In this document: positions 18,708 to 29,285 of the stretch, one piece after another
Numbering within the stretch: the stretch's first letter is position 1
Layout: each line of letters starts with the position of its first letter
IMG/VR virus record: IMGVR_UViG_3300037297_000386
DNA from: a virus
Lineage: Duplodnaviria; Caudoviricetes
Reading direction: 5' to 3' (one strand)
Length of the DNA: 64,000 nucleotides
The notes under the pieces: model-generated
The model's input: only the letters and a program-made list of their open reading frames with translations
What the model was told of the DNA's origin: nothing
Databases searched by the model: none
Translations under genes and position numbers: made by a program

Positions 18708-19724
18708 TTATTCATGCATTACATTCTTTAATTTATTTAATAATTCTTTTTCTTCATTTGATGTCTGCTTTGGTATACATATTTTTACGACAACCAAGTG
18801 ATTTCCTTTATTGGACTTTTGTATTATACCTTTACCAGATATCTTTAATATGTCATTTGGTTGAGTACCTTGTGGTATAGTTAATTTGATTTTGCCATGA
18901 ACCGTATCAACTTGAACCTTAGTACCCAATATAGCATCAATATAGTTAATATATTCTTCAGATATAATATTCAGGCCATTCCTTTTATACCTATCATGAG
19001 GTTTTATAGCAACTGATAAATACAAATTGCCAGGTTCCGTACCATGTGAACTAGGCATACCCTTTCCTAATATACGCATAGTAGTTCCATTATCTATACC
19101 AGCGGGTATATTAATTTTAATATTTTCATTATTTGTGACTGTACCTTTACCGAAGCAAATCGTACATTTTTCTTTTATATTATTTCCAGTTCCATTACAT
19201 TTGTGGCATGTTTGTAAAATATGCATAAAGCCTTGGTTATACCCTATTTTACCAACGCCAGCACAATCATCACATTTATCTACACTATTGCCATCCTTTG
19301 ACCCATTTCCATTACATGCTGAACATTTATGTGGATATTGTATAGATATCTTTTTAGTACATCCTTTTACTGATTCCATAAAATCTATATATATTGTATG
19401 ACGTAAATCATCTCCACGTGTACTTTGTCGTTGATTGAGAAAGTCGTCAAATCCTATGCTAAATACAGAATTTCTTATATGTTCGAATGGATCTATTCCA
19501 TTAAATTTATCATAATCGCTACCATACCTATCGTATTGTTGTCGTTTCTGTGGATCGCTTAAGATTTCATAAGCTGCAGATAGATCCTTAAATTTATTTT
19601 CGGCCTCAGGATCACTTGAATTTCTATCTGGGTGGTATTGCAAAGCAAGTTTTCTATATACTTTTTTGATTTCCTCTTGAGTGGCATCATTTTTAACGCC
19701 GAGCACTTCATAAGGGTTCTTCAT
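18708..19724 (-). CDS. dnaJ: Chaperone DnaJ
   Basis: J domain with HPD, four CxxCxGxG repeats, C-terminal IPAGID and TIPQGTQ. Confidence 0.97.
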   Translation of the reverse strand: MKNPYEVLGVKNDATQEEIKKVYRKLALQYHPDRNSSDPEAENKFKDLSAAYEILSDPQKRQQYDRYGSDYDKFNGIDPFEHIRNSVFSIGFDDFLNQRQSTRGDDLRHTIYIDFMESVKGCTKKISIQYPHKCSACNGNGSKDGNSVDKCDDCAGVGKIGYNQGFMHILQTCHKCNGTGNNIKEKCTICFGKGTVTNNENIKINIPAGIDNGTTMRILGKGMPSSHGTEPGNLYLSVAIKPHDRYKRNGLNIISEEYINYIDAILGTKVQVDTVHGKIKLTIPQGTQPNDILKISGKGIIQKSNKGNHLVVVKICIPKQTSNEEKELLNKLKNVMHE

Positions 19725-20242
19725 TTTTTTCTACGCTTTCTCTTCTTGTGCTTAGGTTTTATTTCATTAATATTCAACTTTTCCATTTCGTAACCAGCCA
19801 AACCTAATACAATGGCATCAACTATATCATTGTGCTTCTTAAACTCATACTTTAGTTTAAATTTTTTATTGATAGTATCAAATGCTGCTTCTTTAGTATT
19901 TTTTATACCAACCAGTTTTCTAGCCTGAACAGCCATAATACTAATTGGCATATTGCTAGTTTTTTCATAAATTGACTTAATAGCTACACCACGGAATAAT
20001 GACAGTGTTTTAAATGTTATTATACTTGGACCACGGTAGATATCTTCGATTACTATAGTATCTGGGTTAATATAATTGATAAGATCTTTAATAGAATTTT
20101 CAAATTCTACCAATCTTTCTCCCATATTCGTGTTTGAGTTTATTACAATTAATCCGGATTGCTTCTTGTTAATCTTTCCATTTTTGATAACAGCCCAACC
20201 AATATTTCGTGAAGCTATATCTATTCCTAATATGATAGACAT
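19721..20242 (-). CDS. ruvC: RuvC-like Holliday junction resolvase
   Basis: [31 protein letters not shown]. Confidence 0.85.
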   Translation of the reverse strand: MSIILGIDIASRNIGWAVIKNGKINKKQSGLIVINSNTNMGERLVEFENSIKDLINYINPDTIVIEDIYRGPSIITFKTLSLFRGVAIKSIYEKTSNMPISIMAVQARKLVGIKNTKEAAFDTINKKFKLKYEFKKHNDIVDAIVLGLAGYEMEKLNINEIKPKHKKRKRRKK

Positions 20243-20300
20243 GGGTGCCTCCTATGTCTATTTATAATATTAATAGAAGGCACCCAATTATCCGATAATA

Positions 20301-20927
20301 TTAATCGTCAAAATCAAAATCATCTTCATCATCAGTTGAAGACTCTACAGATGTGTTTTCAAAATCATTATCAACATCCTCAGTTGATAACCCACCTGAC
20401 AAACCAAGTTTTTCTCGTATTTCATCTGGCGTTGAAGCTTCTGTCATCTTCGAGATATCAACATTAGAAATAAACTCTTTAACCATTTCAATTTCATCGT
20501 TAGCGAGTTTTTCTTTTGGTTCAGGTGATACTATATAAAGTGGCTGTGAACCCTTCGGCTGTCGTTCAATATCGATATCAAAATTACGCGGATTCCCCCA
20601 CTTAGGCTTCTTTTTCAGACCTAAAATTTGCTTAAAAATTTGTGGCCCAATTTCAAGAATTGCACAATGCCCGCTTTTCCTATTTATTACGGGAACATAC
20701 CAACGAGCACTGGCACGTTCTCCAGCCTGGCACAAAGGACACCCATCAAGTGCGCAATGTACTTTACGATTTGCACCAGTAGCATCTTTTGACCAATGAA
20801 TATAAAATTGATATGGGGAACCGACTAAGCGAACCGGATTGGAACCTTCTTCCAAATTCATAAAGTTACTATTGCCTAAATCAGCATCTCCCCAGTCATC
20901 CAATTTTCCTACTACTCTTGTACTCAT
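20301..20927 (-). CDS. ssb: Single-stranded DNA-binding protein, gp32-like
   Basis: FMNLEEGSNPVRLV, H...CPLC zinc site, RWYVPVINR, strongly acidic tail DDEDDFDFDD. Start placed at MSTRVV behind AAGGAG. Confidence 0.75.
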   Translation of the reverse strand: MSTRVVGKLDDWGDADLGNSNFMNLEEGSNPVRLVGSPYQFYIHWSKDATGANRKVHCALDGCPLCQAGERASARWYVPVINRKSGHCAILEIGPQIFKQILGLKKKPKWGNPRNFDIDIERQPKGSQPLYIVSPEPKEKLANDEIEMVKEFISNVDISKMTEASTPDEIREKLGLSGGLSTEDVDNDFENTSVESSTDDEDDFDFDD

Positions 20928-21008
20928 TTTGATCTCCTTATTGTCCTTGGGCATATTTTAGCTATCGGTTACCATAACCTATCGCATTTGAACCAGCGGA
21001 CATAATCT

Positions 21009-21036
21009 ATTATACATATTTGACAACAAATGTCAA
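21009..21036 (-). promoter_or_regulatory. Sigma-70-type promoter upstream of ssb
   Basis: TTGACA (21036-21031), 16-nt spacer, TATAAT (21014-21009); overlapped by a 9-bp inverted repeat. Confidence 0.7.
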
Positions 21037-21044
21037 ATAAAAAA

Positions 21045-21578
21045 TTACCACGTGGCATCATTATCATACATATCTTCATCTACTGAACCATTCCATCCTG
21101 AAGCACGTTCATGTGGATAGGCACGATCTAAGATTTTTTTACAAAGATAATGCATCCTTATAAAACTATTATATTTACTGTCGATCCATTTAACGAATGC
21201 CAATACTTCATCATATTTATTACATGATTCTATATAATCATCATCTATTTCGGCCATCGCGGCCCGCAATTTATCTGTTTTAATTTTTTTATCATCTTTA
21301 TATTTTACAAAAGCCATGTTATATGCTATATTTTTCTTAGTTTTCGCTTTTGCAATATGAGCTGCAGCAATAGCTAACATTTCTCCGCAAATATCAGCAC
21401 CACGTAAATATTTAGTAGCCAATGTTTCGGCATTATTTATATCAATATTTCCATCTCTTGGTAGCGCATTTGATAATTCACGGATTTCTAATGTATCTAT
21501 ATCCAATAAATTAAACTCACTTCTTATTAAATCACGTACAGTTAATTTACCCATTTTAAACTCCGATAACCTTTTCAA
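21045..21578 (-). CDS. Helical protein, possibly a recombination mediator (UvsY-like)
   Basis: All-helical 177 aa with KTDKLRAAMAEIDDDY; next to ssb. Weak similarity only. Confidence 0.3.
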   Translation of the reverse strand: MKRLSEFKMGKLTVRDLIRSEFNLLDIDTLEIRELSNALPRDGNIDINNAETLATKYLRGADICGEMLAIAAAHIAKAKTKKNIAYNMAFVKYKDDKKIKTDKLRAAMAEIDDDYIESCNKYDEVLAFVKWIDSKYNSFIRMHYLCKKILDRAYPHERASGWNGSVDEDMYDNDATW

Positions 21579-21834
21579 TTTTACTTAATCTATTATCATT
21601 TATTCTTATATGTTGATTAATCATAACATTCTGTATAAAAAATAATATCACCCAAGGTATGTTTTTAGTAGGATGAATAATTGTTATTATTCCATTTTCA
21701 TCTGTATCAAACAAATCTTGGAAAAAGTCATTACCATTTTGTCCATCGTTAGAATACTCTTTAACTAATTTTTGATAATATTCATATTCTAACTCAGTTA
21801 TATCTACTTTTTGATAAGCAATTCCTTTTATCAT
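21556..21834 (-). CDS. Hypothetical protein
   Basis: 92-aa ORF overlapping both neighbours. Confidence 0.5.
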   Translation of the reverse strand: MIKGIAYQKVDITELEYEYYQKLVKEYSNDGQNGNDFFQDLFDTDENGIITIIHPTKNIPWVILFFIQNVMINQHIRINDNRLSKIEKVIGV

Positions 21835-22382
21835 TATTCCGACCTATGAAAAGAATTTTTTCCGCCAGACCTAGATAAAATTATATCTTGTCTGTGTTGT
21901 TGTAACTTTTTATTCATTAGTTCATGGGTATCTCCATCATCTAATAATACACTATCTTCGTCACCAAATCCATATCTATCTTTAACGGCACCAGATAAAG
22001 CTTCATCGCGCATTTTTTTCAATATCTCTTTGGCCTCAGCTAATTGTTTGGTTTTAAATTCATAATCAGTATCCTCACTTTCTTCTTCAACATTAACATC
22101 TTGTCCATAATTTTCTTCATCATTAGGCTGTTCAACAACTTGTGATTCACTATTATTATTAAATAACTGCTTAATTTCAAAATTAGCCATAATTAATGAA
22201 GCAAGTTTATCTATATTCACATCTTTGACTGAGATATAATTATCTAATAATTCTCTTAAACCCAAAAAAGCAGCGAGTTTGGCCTTTTGCATAATACATT
22301 TGCCACAGGCTGGACATTTATTAACACTTATAGCATATATAAATTCTGGCATAATTGTGACATTACAATTTTCACATTTCAT
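21834..22382 (-). CDS. Hypothetical protein with N-terminal zinc ribbon
   Basis: CENC...CPAC at the N-terminus; acidic middle. Confidence 0.5.
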   Translation of the reverse strand: MKCENCNVTIMPEFIYAISVNKCPACGKCIMQKAKLAAFLGLRELLDNYISVKDVNIDKLASLIMANFEIKQLFNNNSESQVVEQPNDEENYGQDVNVEEESEDTDYEFKTKQLAEAKEILKKMRDEALSGAVKDRYGFGDEDSVLLDDGDTHELMNKKLQQHRQDIILSRSGGKNSFHRSE

Positions 22383-22388
22383 TATTTA

Positions 22389-25300
22389 TTACCCCACTTG
22401 TTCTAATGAATTTAATACTAACATATGTGTATCTTTATAAACATTTACTCTACATAATGCTCTTATCGGTCTCCCAGCAATAATTTTATCTTTTACATGT
22501 TTCCATGATTCAGACCATATTTTCATAATAGCACTATTTTTGTTTCTATCCATAACAGTACAATTACCATAAATTTTGCCTTTATTTTTCCCACTTTTTA
22601 TTTTCGGTTGAGTAATATTTTCAACTACAACCTCTACTCTAATCGGTGTTCCATCAGCCAATTTCTTAAGACGTTTTAAAGATACACATTTATTGGTAAA
22701 AAATCCACCATATAAATCATTGATATCTCCTGAAATATATTCTCCCAGTGTTTCGCCTTCCGCAGTCAATATCTCTTTTTTATTCCATTCCTCATTTACA
22801 TGATCAATTGAAAATTCGAGATCTTTCATTAATTCCCAGGTGTTTTTTCCGGTTATAGCTGTCTTTTTGGCATGAGAATTTGCCTTAATTCTTATATTTG
22901 AATAATATGTAAAAGCAGATTTTCTTGTAATATTAAGGCTATCAAAACATCCAGCTTTGGCTAACGCTTGGATAACTTTTTTATTAACTATATTAGAATT
23001 AGTTCTATATAAAAAGTCAGCAAAAGATATAAATGAATGTTCCATTCTGGTTTCTATAATATTTTTAACAGCTTTAATACCGACACCTTTGATAACAGCA
23101 AGCCCCATTATAATAGTTTTATCATCTACAACTGTAAAATAATCACCACTTTTGTTTATATCCGGGGCCATTATTTTGATGCCCATACGAATAGCTTCTT
23201 TCTTATATAATTTAATTTTTTCTTCGCTCGAAGATGATTTTTCTACTTCAGATTTAAGAGCAGCTGCCATAAAAGCAGATGGATAATGATATTTATAATA
23301 AGCTGTATGATATCCATTTAAACTATAAAAAATTCCATGCGGTTTGTTGAAGCCATATCCACCAAACGGCTCAATAATCTCTTCCCATATTTCCAGAGCT
23401 TGTTTGTTTGTTAGATTACTGTGTTTTACTGAACCAGTAATAAAATCATCTTTCAATTTTTTAACCATCTCTGGATGTTTACCTTTATATTTAGTTAATT
23501 TTCTCAATCCATCGGCCTCATTTAAATCCCATCCAGCGACCACATTTGCGAATTTCATTAACTGATCTTCATAAACACACACACCAAGTGTATCTTCAAG
23601 TGCCTCTTTTACACACGGATGTTTATATTTAATCTTTATATTTTTATTTCTAAATTTTATATAATCTTCACGTGATTTTATAGCAGAAGGCCTTCCAAGT
23701 GCATTTACTAAACTAAGATCTTCAATACTTTGTGGTTTAATTCGCTTACATAAATTTCTCATATGTTGCGACCCCATTTGAAACACACATGTTGTATGTC
23801 CATTTGATATCATATCCCATACATTTTTATCATCAAATGGAGCCAATTTTGGTGTATCCAGACATTGCCCACCAAGCATTTTAACATTTAATATAGTATT
23901 ATCAATAATTTTTAAATGTTCTAATCCCAATAAATCCATCTTAATTAGGCCCACTTCTTCACATCTTTCCTTTTCATATTGAAGTGAAATGGTTCCTTTT
24001 TTATCGTATCTGAGTGGCACAAGTTCGGAGAGATTTCTATCGCTCACAACAATTCCAGCTGCATGAGTGGAATATGTTTTTTCTAAACCAACTAATTTTT
24101 TGCCATATTTTTCTAATTCTGGATAAGACGCACAAAACTCTCTAAACTTTTCTGACGTCCTAAGTGCGTCCTCAAATGTTTCAGAATCCTTAGGTATTGA
24201 ATCAGTTATTGCATTAGCTATTTTAAATGCATCACTTTTACTACCTCCTAGTTGTAAAGATCTGGCAACATCTTTAATAACAACCTTGGGAGTCATTGTA
24301 GATAGATTGGATACATGAGCAACACATTCTTTTCCATATCGATTAATTATATATTGTTCGACCCAATTTCTACCGTCCGGGGAAAAATCTGTGTCAATAT
24401 CTGGAAAAGCTTTTTTATATATATTAATAAATCTTTCAAAAAGTAGGCCATATTGTAATGGATCAACCTCATGAATATCTAATAAATAAGCAACCAAAGA
24501 TCCGCCAACAGATCCTCTTCCAGGCCCAACCCTAATTCCTTGTTCTTTTGCTTTGATAATAAAGTCGGACACAATTAATAAATAAGAAGCAAAGTTTCGG
24601 GATTCCAGGACTTTAATCTCCTTAATCATTCTTTCTTTATATTCTTTCTTTTGTTCTTTAGAAAGATGTTTAAATTTATTTTTAAAACTATTAATGCAAC
24701 GGTATCTTAAAAAAGCATGATCATCATATTTAGGTAATCTATTTTGTCGCTTTTTCCATTTTAAAAAATTCTGATAATCTTGTTCAATTGTTATATCAAA
24801 TTTAGGAAATTTTATTGTATCATCTTCTAAATAATTAGAATCATCACACCTATTAGCAATTAATACAGAATTTTTACACACCTCATCTGCTAATTTAGAA
24901 TTAAATTTAGTAGAAAAATATTCATTAATGTCTTCATAGGATTTCAAATAAAATTCTTGTTCTTCATATCTATGCCTATTTAAATCACTGAATGGTTTTT
25001 TAGCATTAATTGCCATCAACATATCATGAATTTCGGCATCTTCTTTATTAATATAATGCACATCACATGTTGCAACAACAGGAATATTTAATTCTTTAGA
25101 AATACCTATTAGTTTATTATTAGTATATTCCTGGTCAACAACAATAATAGCATCACCATTAGAATCACATTCAACTTCATTAGTTTTGCGATTCTTCTTA
25201 TATACTTTTAAATTATGTGGTTGTACTTCTAAATATAAATTAGATTCAAATAATTCTTTTAGTTTATTAGCTGTTTTAAGAGTTTGTATATAACAAGAAT

Positions 25301-25781
25301 TTTGGTCCCACACATTATCTTCATTAAGTGCAAATAAAGATGCCGCGAGTGGCCCAGATCCACAAGCAGTTAAACATATTATACCATCTTTATGCTCTTG
25401 TAAAATTTTCCAATCTACTCTTGGAAAAACTTTGTCCAATACAGGAATATACTGAAAATTAACATATCCTTTGTAATTAATTTGAAGAAGATTTTTATAT
25501 CCTACCTCATTTTTGGCCAATAAAACAAGATGATATCTTTTACATTTAGAATTTTGAATATCATTGACAAAATAAATTTCACACCCAGGAATATATTTAA
25601 TACCATACTTTTTAGAACACTTATGGGCATCAAAAACAGCTGCCATAGTTCCGTGATCGGTTATAGCAATGGATGTTTGCCCCATTTTTTTTGCCATTTT
25701 AAATATATCATCTATTGGGGTCATTGCGTCTTGCATACTACCTATAGAAGTGTGCGTATGTAAATGTACAAAATTATTCAT
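22389..25781 (-). CDS. dnaE: DNA polymerase III alpha subunit
   Basis: PHP motifs HLHTHT, AITDHG, CDVHY; GRGSVGGSLVAYLL; FPDIDTD; HAAGIV; KMDLLGL; YGFNKPH; C-terminal OB fold. No intein. Confidence 0.98.
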   Translation of the reverse strand: MNNFVHLHTHTSIGSMQDAMTPIDDIFKMAKKMGQTSIAITDHGTMAAVFDAHKCSKKYGIKYIPGCEIYFVNDIQNSKCKRYHLVLLAKNEVGYKNLLQINYKGYVNFQYIPVLDKVFPRVDWKILQEHKDGIICLTACGSGPLAASLFALNEDNVWDQNSCYIQTLKTANKLKELFESNLYLEVQPHNLKVYKKNRKTNEVECDSNGDAIIVVDQEYTNNKLIGISKELNIPVVATCDVHYINKEDAEIHDMLMAINAKKPFSDLNRHRYEEQEFYLKSYEDINEYFSTKFNSKLADEVCKNSVLIANRCDDSNYLEDDTIKFPKFDITIEQDYQNFLKWKKRQNRLPKYDDHAFLRYRCINSFKNKFKHLSKEQKKEYKERMIKEIKVLESRNFASYLLIVSDFIIKAKEQGIRVGPGRGSVGGSLVAYLLDIHEVDPLQYGLLFERFINIYKKAFPDIDTDFSPDGRNWVEQYIINRYGKECVAHVSNLSTMTPKVVIKDVARSLQLGGSKSDAFKIANAITDSIPKDSETFEDALRTSEKFREFCASYPELEKYGKKLVGLEKTYSTHAAGIVVSDRNLSELVPLRYDKKGTISLQYEKERCEEVGLIKMDLLGLEHLKIIDNTILNVKMLGGQCLDTPKLAPFDDKNVWDMISNGHTTCVFQMGSQHMRNLCKRIKPQSIEDLSLVNALGRPSAIKSREDYIKFRNKNIKIKYKHPCVKEALEDTLGVCVYEDQLMKFANVVAGWDLNEADGLRKLTKYKGKHPEMVKKLKDDFITGSVKHSNLTNKQALEIWEEIIEPFGGYGFNKPHGIFYSLNGYHTAYYKYHYPSAFMAAALKSEVEKSSSSEEKIKLYKKEAIRMGIKIMAPDINKSGDYFTVVDDKTIIMGLAVIKGVGIKAVKNIIETRMEHSFISFADFLYRTNSNIVNKKVIQALAKAGCFDSLNITRKSAFTYYSNIRIKANSHAKKTAITGKNTWELMKDLEFSIDHVNEEWNKKEILTAEGETLGEYISGDINDLYGGFFTNKCVSLKRLKKLADGTPIRVEVVVENITQPKIKSGKNKGKIYGNCTVMDRNKNSAIMKIWSESWKHVKDKIIAGRPIRALCRVNVYKDTHMLVLNSLEQVG

Positions 25782-26141
25782 TTAATCTTCCATTGATATC
25801 TGGATATTTAATTTATTTGATATCCATTTAACCAAGCAACTTTCGAATTCAATTTTCCTAACAGCTTTGTTCAAATCGGTATTATTAAATTTCTTTGGCA
25901 TTACAAATTTGATCACTTTGGCATTGAGTCTTCCTTCTATATGATACCCGCCATTAGCATCTATGCGTAACAAACTTACAGATTTAAGTGGATACACAGG
26001 TTTACCAAAATTCGTAAAATATTTTGTTATATTTCTATCGATTTGACATGGAAGTGAATAGAAAAGAGAAAGACACTTTGCGCAACCAGATTTTTTTATC
26101 TTAACTATATCAGAAAATTTTAACATGAAAAGACTTTCCAA
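25782..26141 (-). CDS. Hypothetical protein
   Basis: 119-aa ORF, CAKC motif, abuts dnaE. Confidence 0.45.
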   Translation of the reverse strand: MESLFMLKFSDIVKIKKSGCAKCLSLFYSLPCQIDRNITKYFTNFGKPVYPLKSVSLLRIDANGGYHIEGRLNAKVIKFVMPKKFNNTDLNKAVRKIEFESCLVKWISNKLNIQISMED

Positions 26142-26174
26142 ATTGAAAAATATCTAATGCGAAAAAATTATGAT

Positions 26175-26417
26175 TTATTTCATAAATACAGAAAGACCTA
26201 CATCAGTATCACCAGTTTGATGCGACAATAATGCTTTTAATACGTCTCCCATATCATAATTTCCTGCTCCAATATCATCGACATCGGCCTCTAGGACAAG
26301 CTTTACTCTTTCCGAATCTTTTGCTTTTTTAACTTGAAAAGTAACTACTTTAAATCCTGTAACTGACTGTTTATTCGTTTCTGTCAACATTGCTTTCCTC
26401 ACTTTCTTTGTTAGCAT
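26175..26417 (-). CDS. Hypothetical protein
   Basis: 80-aa ORF overlapping the end of tig. Confidence 0.45.
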   Translation of the reverse strand: MLTKKVRKAMLTETNKQSVTGFKVVTFQVKKAKDSERVKLVLEADVDDIGAGNYDMGDVLKALLSHQTGDTDVGLSVFMK

Positions 26418-27669
26418 TGTTTATTATAAAATCTATTGTATTTGATGTTTTTAAAATACCCATAAAATTATCCATTTGTCCTGAATTATACAAATTACTG
26501 ACAAGATCATCTTTGGACATATTATTGTGTCTGGCATGATCTTCTAATAATTTATCTAATTCATCTGGCGTAATCTCAATACTATTTTCTTTTTCATATA
26601 TCGAATCAAGTAATATGGCACATTTGACACTACGTTCAGCAATTTTTTGCAATTCGTCTTTATCCTTATGTGATAAATCTTGTAATTTATTCTTGCCTGA
26701 TATACGTAACATTTCTTTTTTTATCATAGATTTTGGAGCGTCGAATTGATTTATATCTAAAAGCTTAGATACAATTTGTTCTCCTAAAACTGTTCTATTA
26801 TTAATATTATTATCTTTATGCAATTCAGATTTAATATAATTAAATAATTCATCTACTGATTCGTATCCAACCATCATTGCTAAATCATTATCAACTTCAG
26901 CAAGTTTGATTTCTATTATACTATGAACAGTAATTGTAAATTTGGCTTCTTTCCCAGCCAGATGTTTGGCACGATATTCATCTGGAAATGTTACATAAAT
27001 ATCTTTAGATTGGCCGACCATCATATCAACCATTTGATCCTCAAATCCTGGAACAAAATTGCCATTGCCAAAATTTTCAATAGAGTAACCCTGGGCAGCT
27101 CCACCGTCAAAAGGCATATTGTCGACATATCCTATAAAATCTATAACCAATGAATCCCCAAATTGGGCACCGCGATCATTGATTTGCCGTCTTTCAGCAA
27201 ATTGTTTCTGATATTCGTGTAATTTAGTATTAAACATAGCATCTTCATCATATTGTGGAAAATCTAATTTAATTCCATTATATCCGATTGGATCTATTTT
27301 CGGTAAAACTTCGACTAATAAATCTACTGAATATGAATTATCGAATCCAAATTTTCCGGGATATTTATCAGACATATCAGAAAATGTTGGGTTTTCAACA
27401 GGATTTATTTCATAATTTGCAATCGCTTGATTATAATACTCACTTATGAGCATTTGAGCTACATTTGATTTAGCTTTGTTACCGAACAACTGTTTAATTC
27501 GCTGTAAAGGGGCCCGCCCTTTTCTAAATCCAGGTATCTGTATTTGATTTTTTATGCTATTAAAAAATTGATCGAATTTTTTATCTACTAATTCTGAAGG
27601 AACATTGATTGAAATCTTATATTCGGTATTATTTAATTCTTCAATATTAATTATATCTTGCATTTTCAC
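26371..27669 (-). CDS. tig: Trigger factor
   Basis: Ribosome-binding IPGFRKGRAP; FKBP domain IDFIG...FDGG, FVPGFEDQMV, TFPDEYRAKHLAGKEAKF. Confidence 0.95.
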   Translation of the reverse strand: MKMQDIINIEELNNTEYKISINVPSELVDKKFDQFFNSIKNQIQIPGFRKGRAPLQRIKQLFGNKAKSNVAQMLISEYYNQAIANYEINPVENPTFSDMSDKYPGKFGFDNSYSVDLLVEVLPKIDPIGYNGIKLDFPQYDEDAMFNTKLHEYQKQFAERRQINDRGAQFGDSLVIDFIGYVDNMPFDGGAAQGYSIENFGNGNFVPGFEDQMVDMMVGQSKDIYVTFPDEYRAKHLAGKEAKFTITVHSIIEIKLAEVDNDLAMMVGYESVDELFNYIKSELHKDNNINNRTVLGEQIVSKLLDINQFDAPKSMIKKEMLRISGKNKLQDLSHKDKDELQKIAERSVKCAILLDSIYEKENSIEITPDELDKLLEDHARHNNMSKDDLVSNLYNSGQMDNFMGILKTSNTIDFIINNANKESEESNVDRNE

Positions 27670-28418
27670 CTCTTGAGTTTTTTCATAAATTCTTCTCTAT
27701 AACGATCCAGCTGTTTCTCAAATGCTGACCCTCTCATACCATCAGCCAAATCGGATTCAGCCTTATCGATTTCATCTTTTTCGAGAGCATATTTATCTGT
27801 ATTATAAAGTAATCTATTTAATTTTTCTATCCATATTTGTGCTATTACGTCGAAATCTGGAGCCAATTTCGATATTAATCTATCGTCATATAAAGTGTCT
27901 ACAACTACCATATTTTCCGGAATATTAAGTCCCTGATAGTATGATAATACAGAATCTTTAAGCGCCCAACGCGTTAAATCATTCTGTGATGGAAAATTTT
28001 TACTTTCTATTTTATTTTTTTCATCAAAAACTTCTTGTTCTAATATAGATATCAAATTTCCAAATTTTGGCTTTAATTCATTTTCTAAATTAGTATCAAC
28101 ATTTACTATATCATTTTGTTCAGGTAATTGTGTAGATATACTTTTTAAAGCCTTTTTACATTCTAAACAGTCTTTATAAGATGAATATTTAGAAATACCT
28201 TTATGTCTAAAATTATGAATTATAGAAATAATTTCTCTTATTGTTTGTAGATTATTAAAATTATATGTGAGGAATTCCTTTTCTTTTTTAATTCTTTTTA
28301 ATATTTTATCACGATTAATAGACGATATACTATGTAATTGTGACTCATATCGGGCAATACATTTACGAGCGGCAATTTTTTGATTCGATATTAAAAGTTT
28401 TAAATGAAATTTATGCAT
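27666..28418 (-). CDS. Hypothetical protein
   Basis: 250-aa helical ORF overlapping tig start. Confidence 0.45.
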   Translation of the reverse strand: MHKFHLKLLISNQKIAARKCIARYESQLHSISSINRDKILKRIKKEKEFLTYNFNNLQTIREIISIIHNFRHKGISKYSSYKDCLECKKALKSISTQLPEQNDIVNVDTNLENELKPKFGNLISILEQEVFDEKNKIESKNFPSQNDLTRWALKDSVLSYYQGLNIPENMVVVDTLYDDRLISKLAPDFDVIAQIWIEKLNRLLYNTDKYALEKDEIDKAESDLADGMRGSAFEKQLDRYREEFMKKLKR

Positions 28419-28424
28419 TTTAAA

Positions 28425-29285
28425 TTACCTATCAAATAATTCTCTAACCTGCTTGTTTTTTGATAGCTCCTTTAATTTTATATTAGCTCCTGCGCTTGAT
28501 AGACCAACTTCTTCAGCAGCAGCCTTGATAGAATAATCATTAAAATATATCAATTCTATTATCCTAATTAAACGTGGGTCTTTATTTTTTAACCATTTGT
28601 TTATATCACATATAAAAATTATATTATCATCTATGTTTGTAATGTTATTATTCATTGTAAAATCTTTAAATTCCAAAGTATTATCACGGGTCCCCGGCAT
28701 TAATGAAGACTCATTTACTTCAGACATTACCATTGGTGTCTTTTTATTACCGTCACCGATAATAGTATTACATTTTGGACATTTTGTTTCATATCCATTA
28801 CCAAATTTATCAATAAACGAATATCCACATTTACATGATATATTGAATATTCCAATATTTAAATAAGTAGCATTTTTTGATATTCTATTTTTATCTCGTA
28901 TATCATTTATTAATCTTCGATTAACTCTCATTTCAATAAATGTTGATAATTTTGTATTTTTTTCTGGATTGTACTTTGGTATCCCTTCAAGTATATGAAC
29001 TATAATATCATGTTTAGTATCTTCAAATAGATTTCCATTGATATGATATCGACATGCCAATTTTAATATTAACGGTTCTAACTTGTTGATAACTTCTTTA
29101 TAACCCTCCCCACTTTCAGTATTGATATATATCTCTGAATCATATAACAATACTGTGCCAGCAAATCCAATGCGTCCTCCATTCTCTTCATTAAAAAAAT
29201 ATTCAAAATCTTGTTTAAGTTTAACATTTTCTTTGTTATTTGCATTTTTCATTTTGACTCCTACCAGGTTTGTTGGGCCGGACAA
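28425..29285 (-). CDS. Phage sigma-70-family factor with a zinc-ribbon insertion
   Basis: Region 2 LILKLACRY...DIIVHILEGIPKYNPEKNTKLSTFIEMRV; CKC...CPKC; region 4 IIELIYFNDYSIKAAAEEVGLS. Confidence 0.8.
   Translation of the reverse strand: MSGPTNLVGVKMKNANNKENVKLKQDFEYFFNEENGGRIGFAGTVLLYDSEIYINTESGEGYKEVINKLEPLILKLACRYHINGNLFEDTKHDIIVHILEGIPKYNPEKNTKLSTFIEMRVNRRLINDIRDKNRISKNATYLNIGIFNISCKCGYSFIDKFGNGYETKCPKCNTIIGDGNKKTPMVMSEVNESSLMPGTRDNTLEFKDFTMNNNITNIDDNIIFICDINKWLKNKDPRLIRIIELIYFNDYSIKAAAEEVGLSSAGANIKLKELSKNKQVRELFDR

Noticed and set aside
20960-21005. tRNA suggested by GGTTCAAAT
   Set aside because: The flanks do not form a T-stem (GCTGG versus GCGAT) and no cloverleaf can be built. 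I found no tRNA gene in the window by eye.
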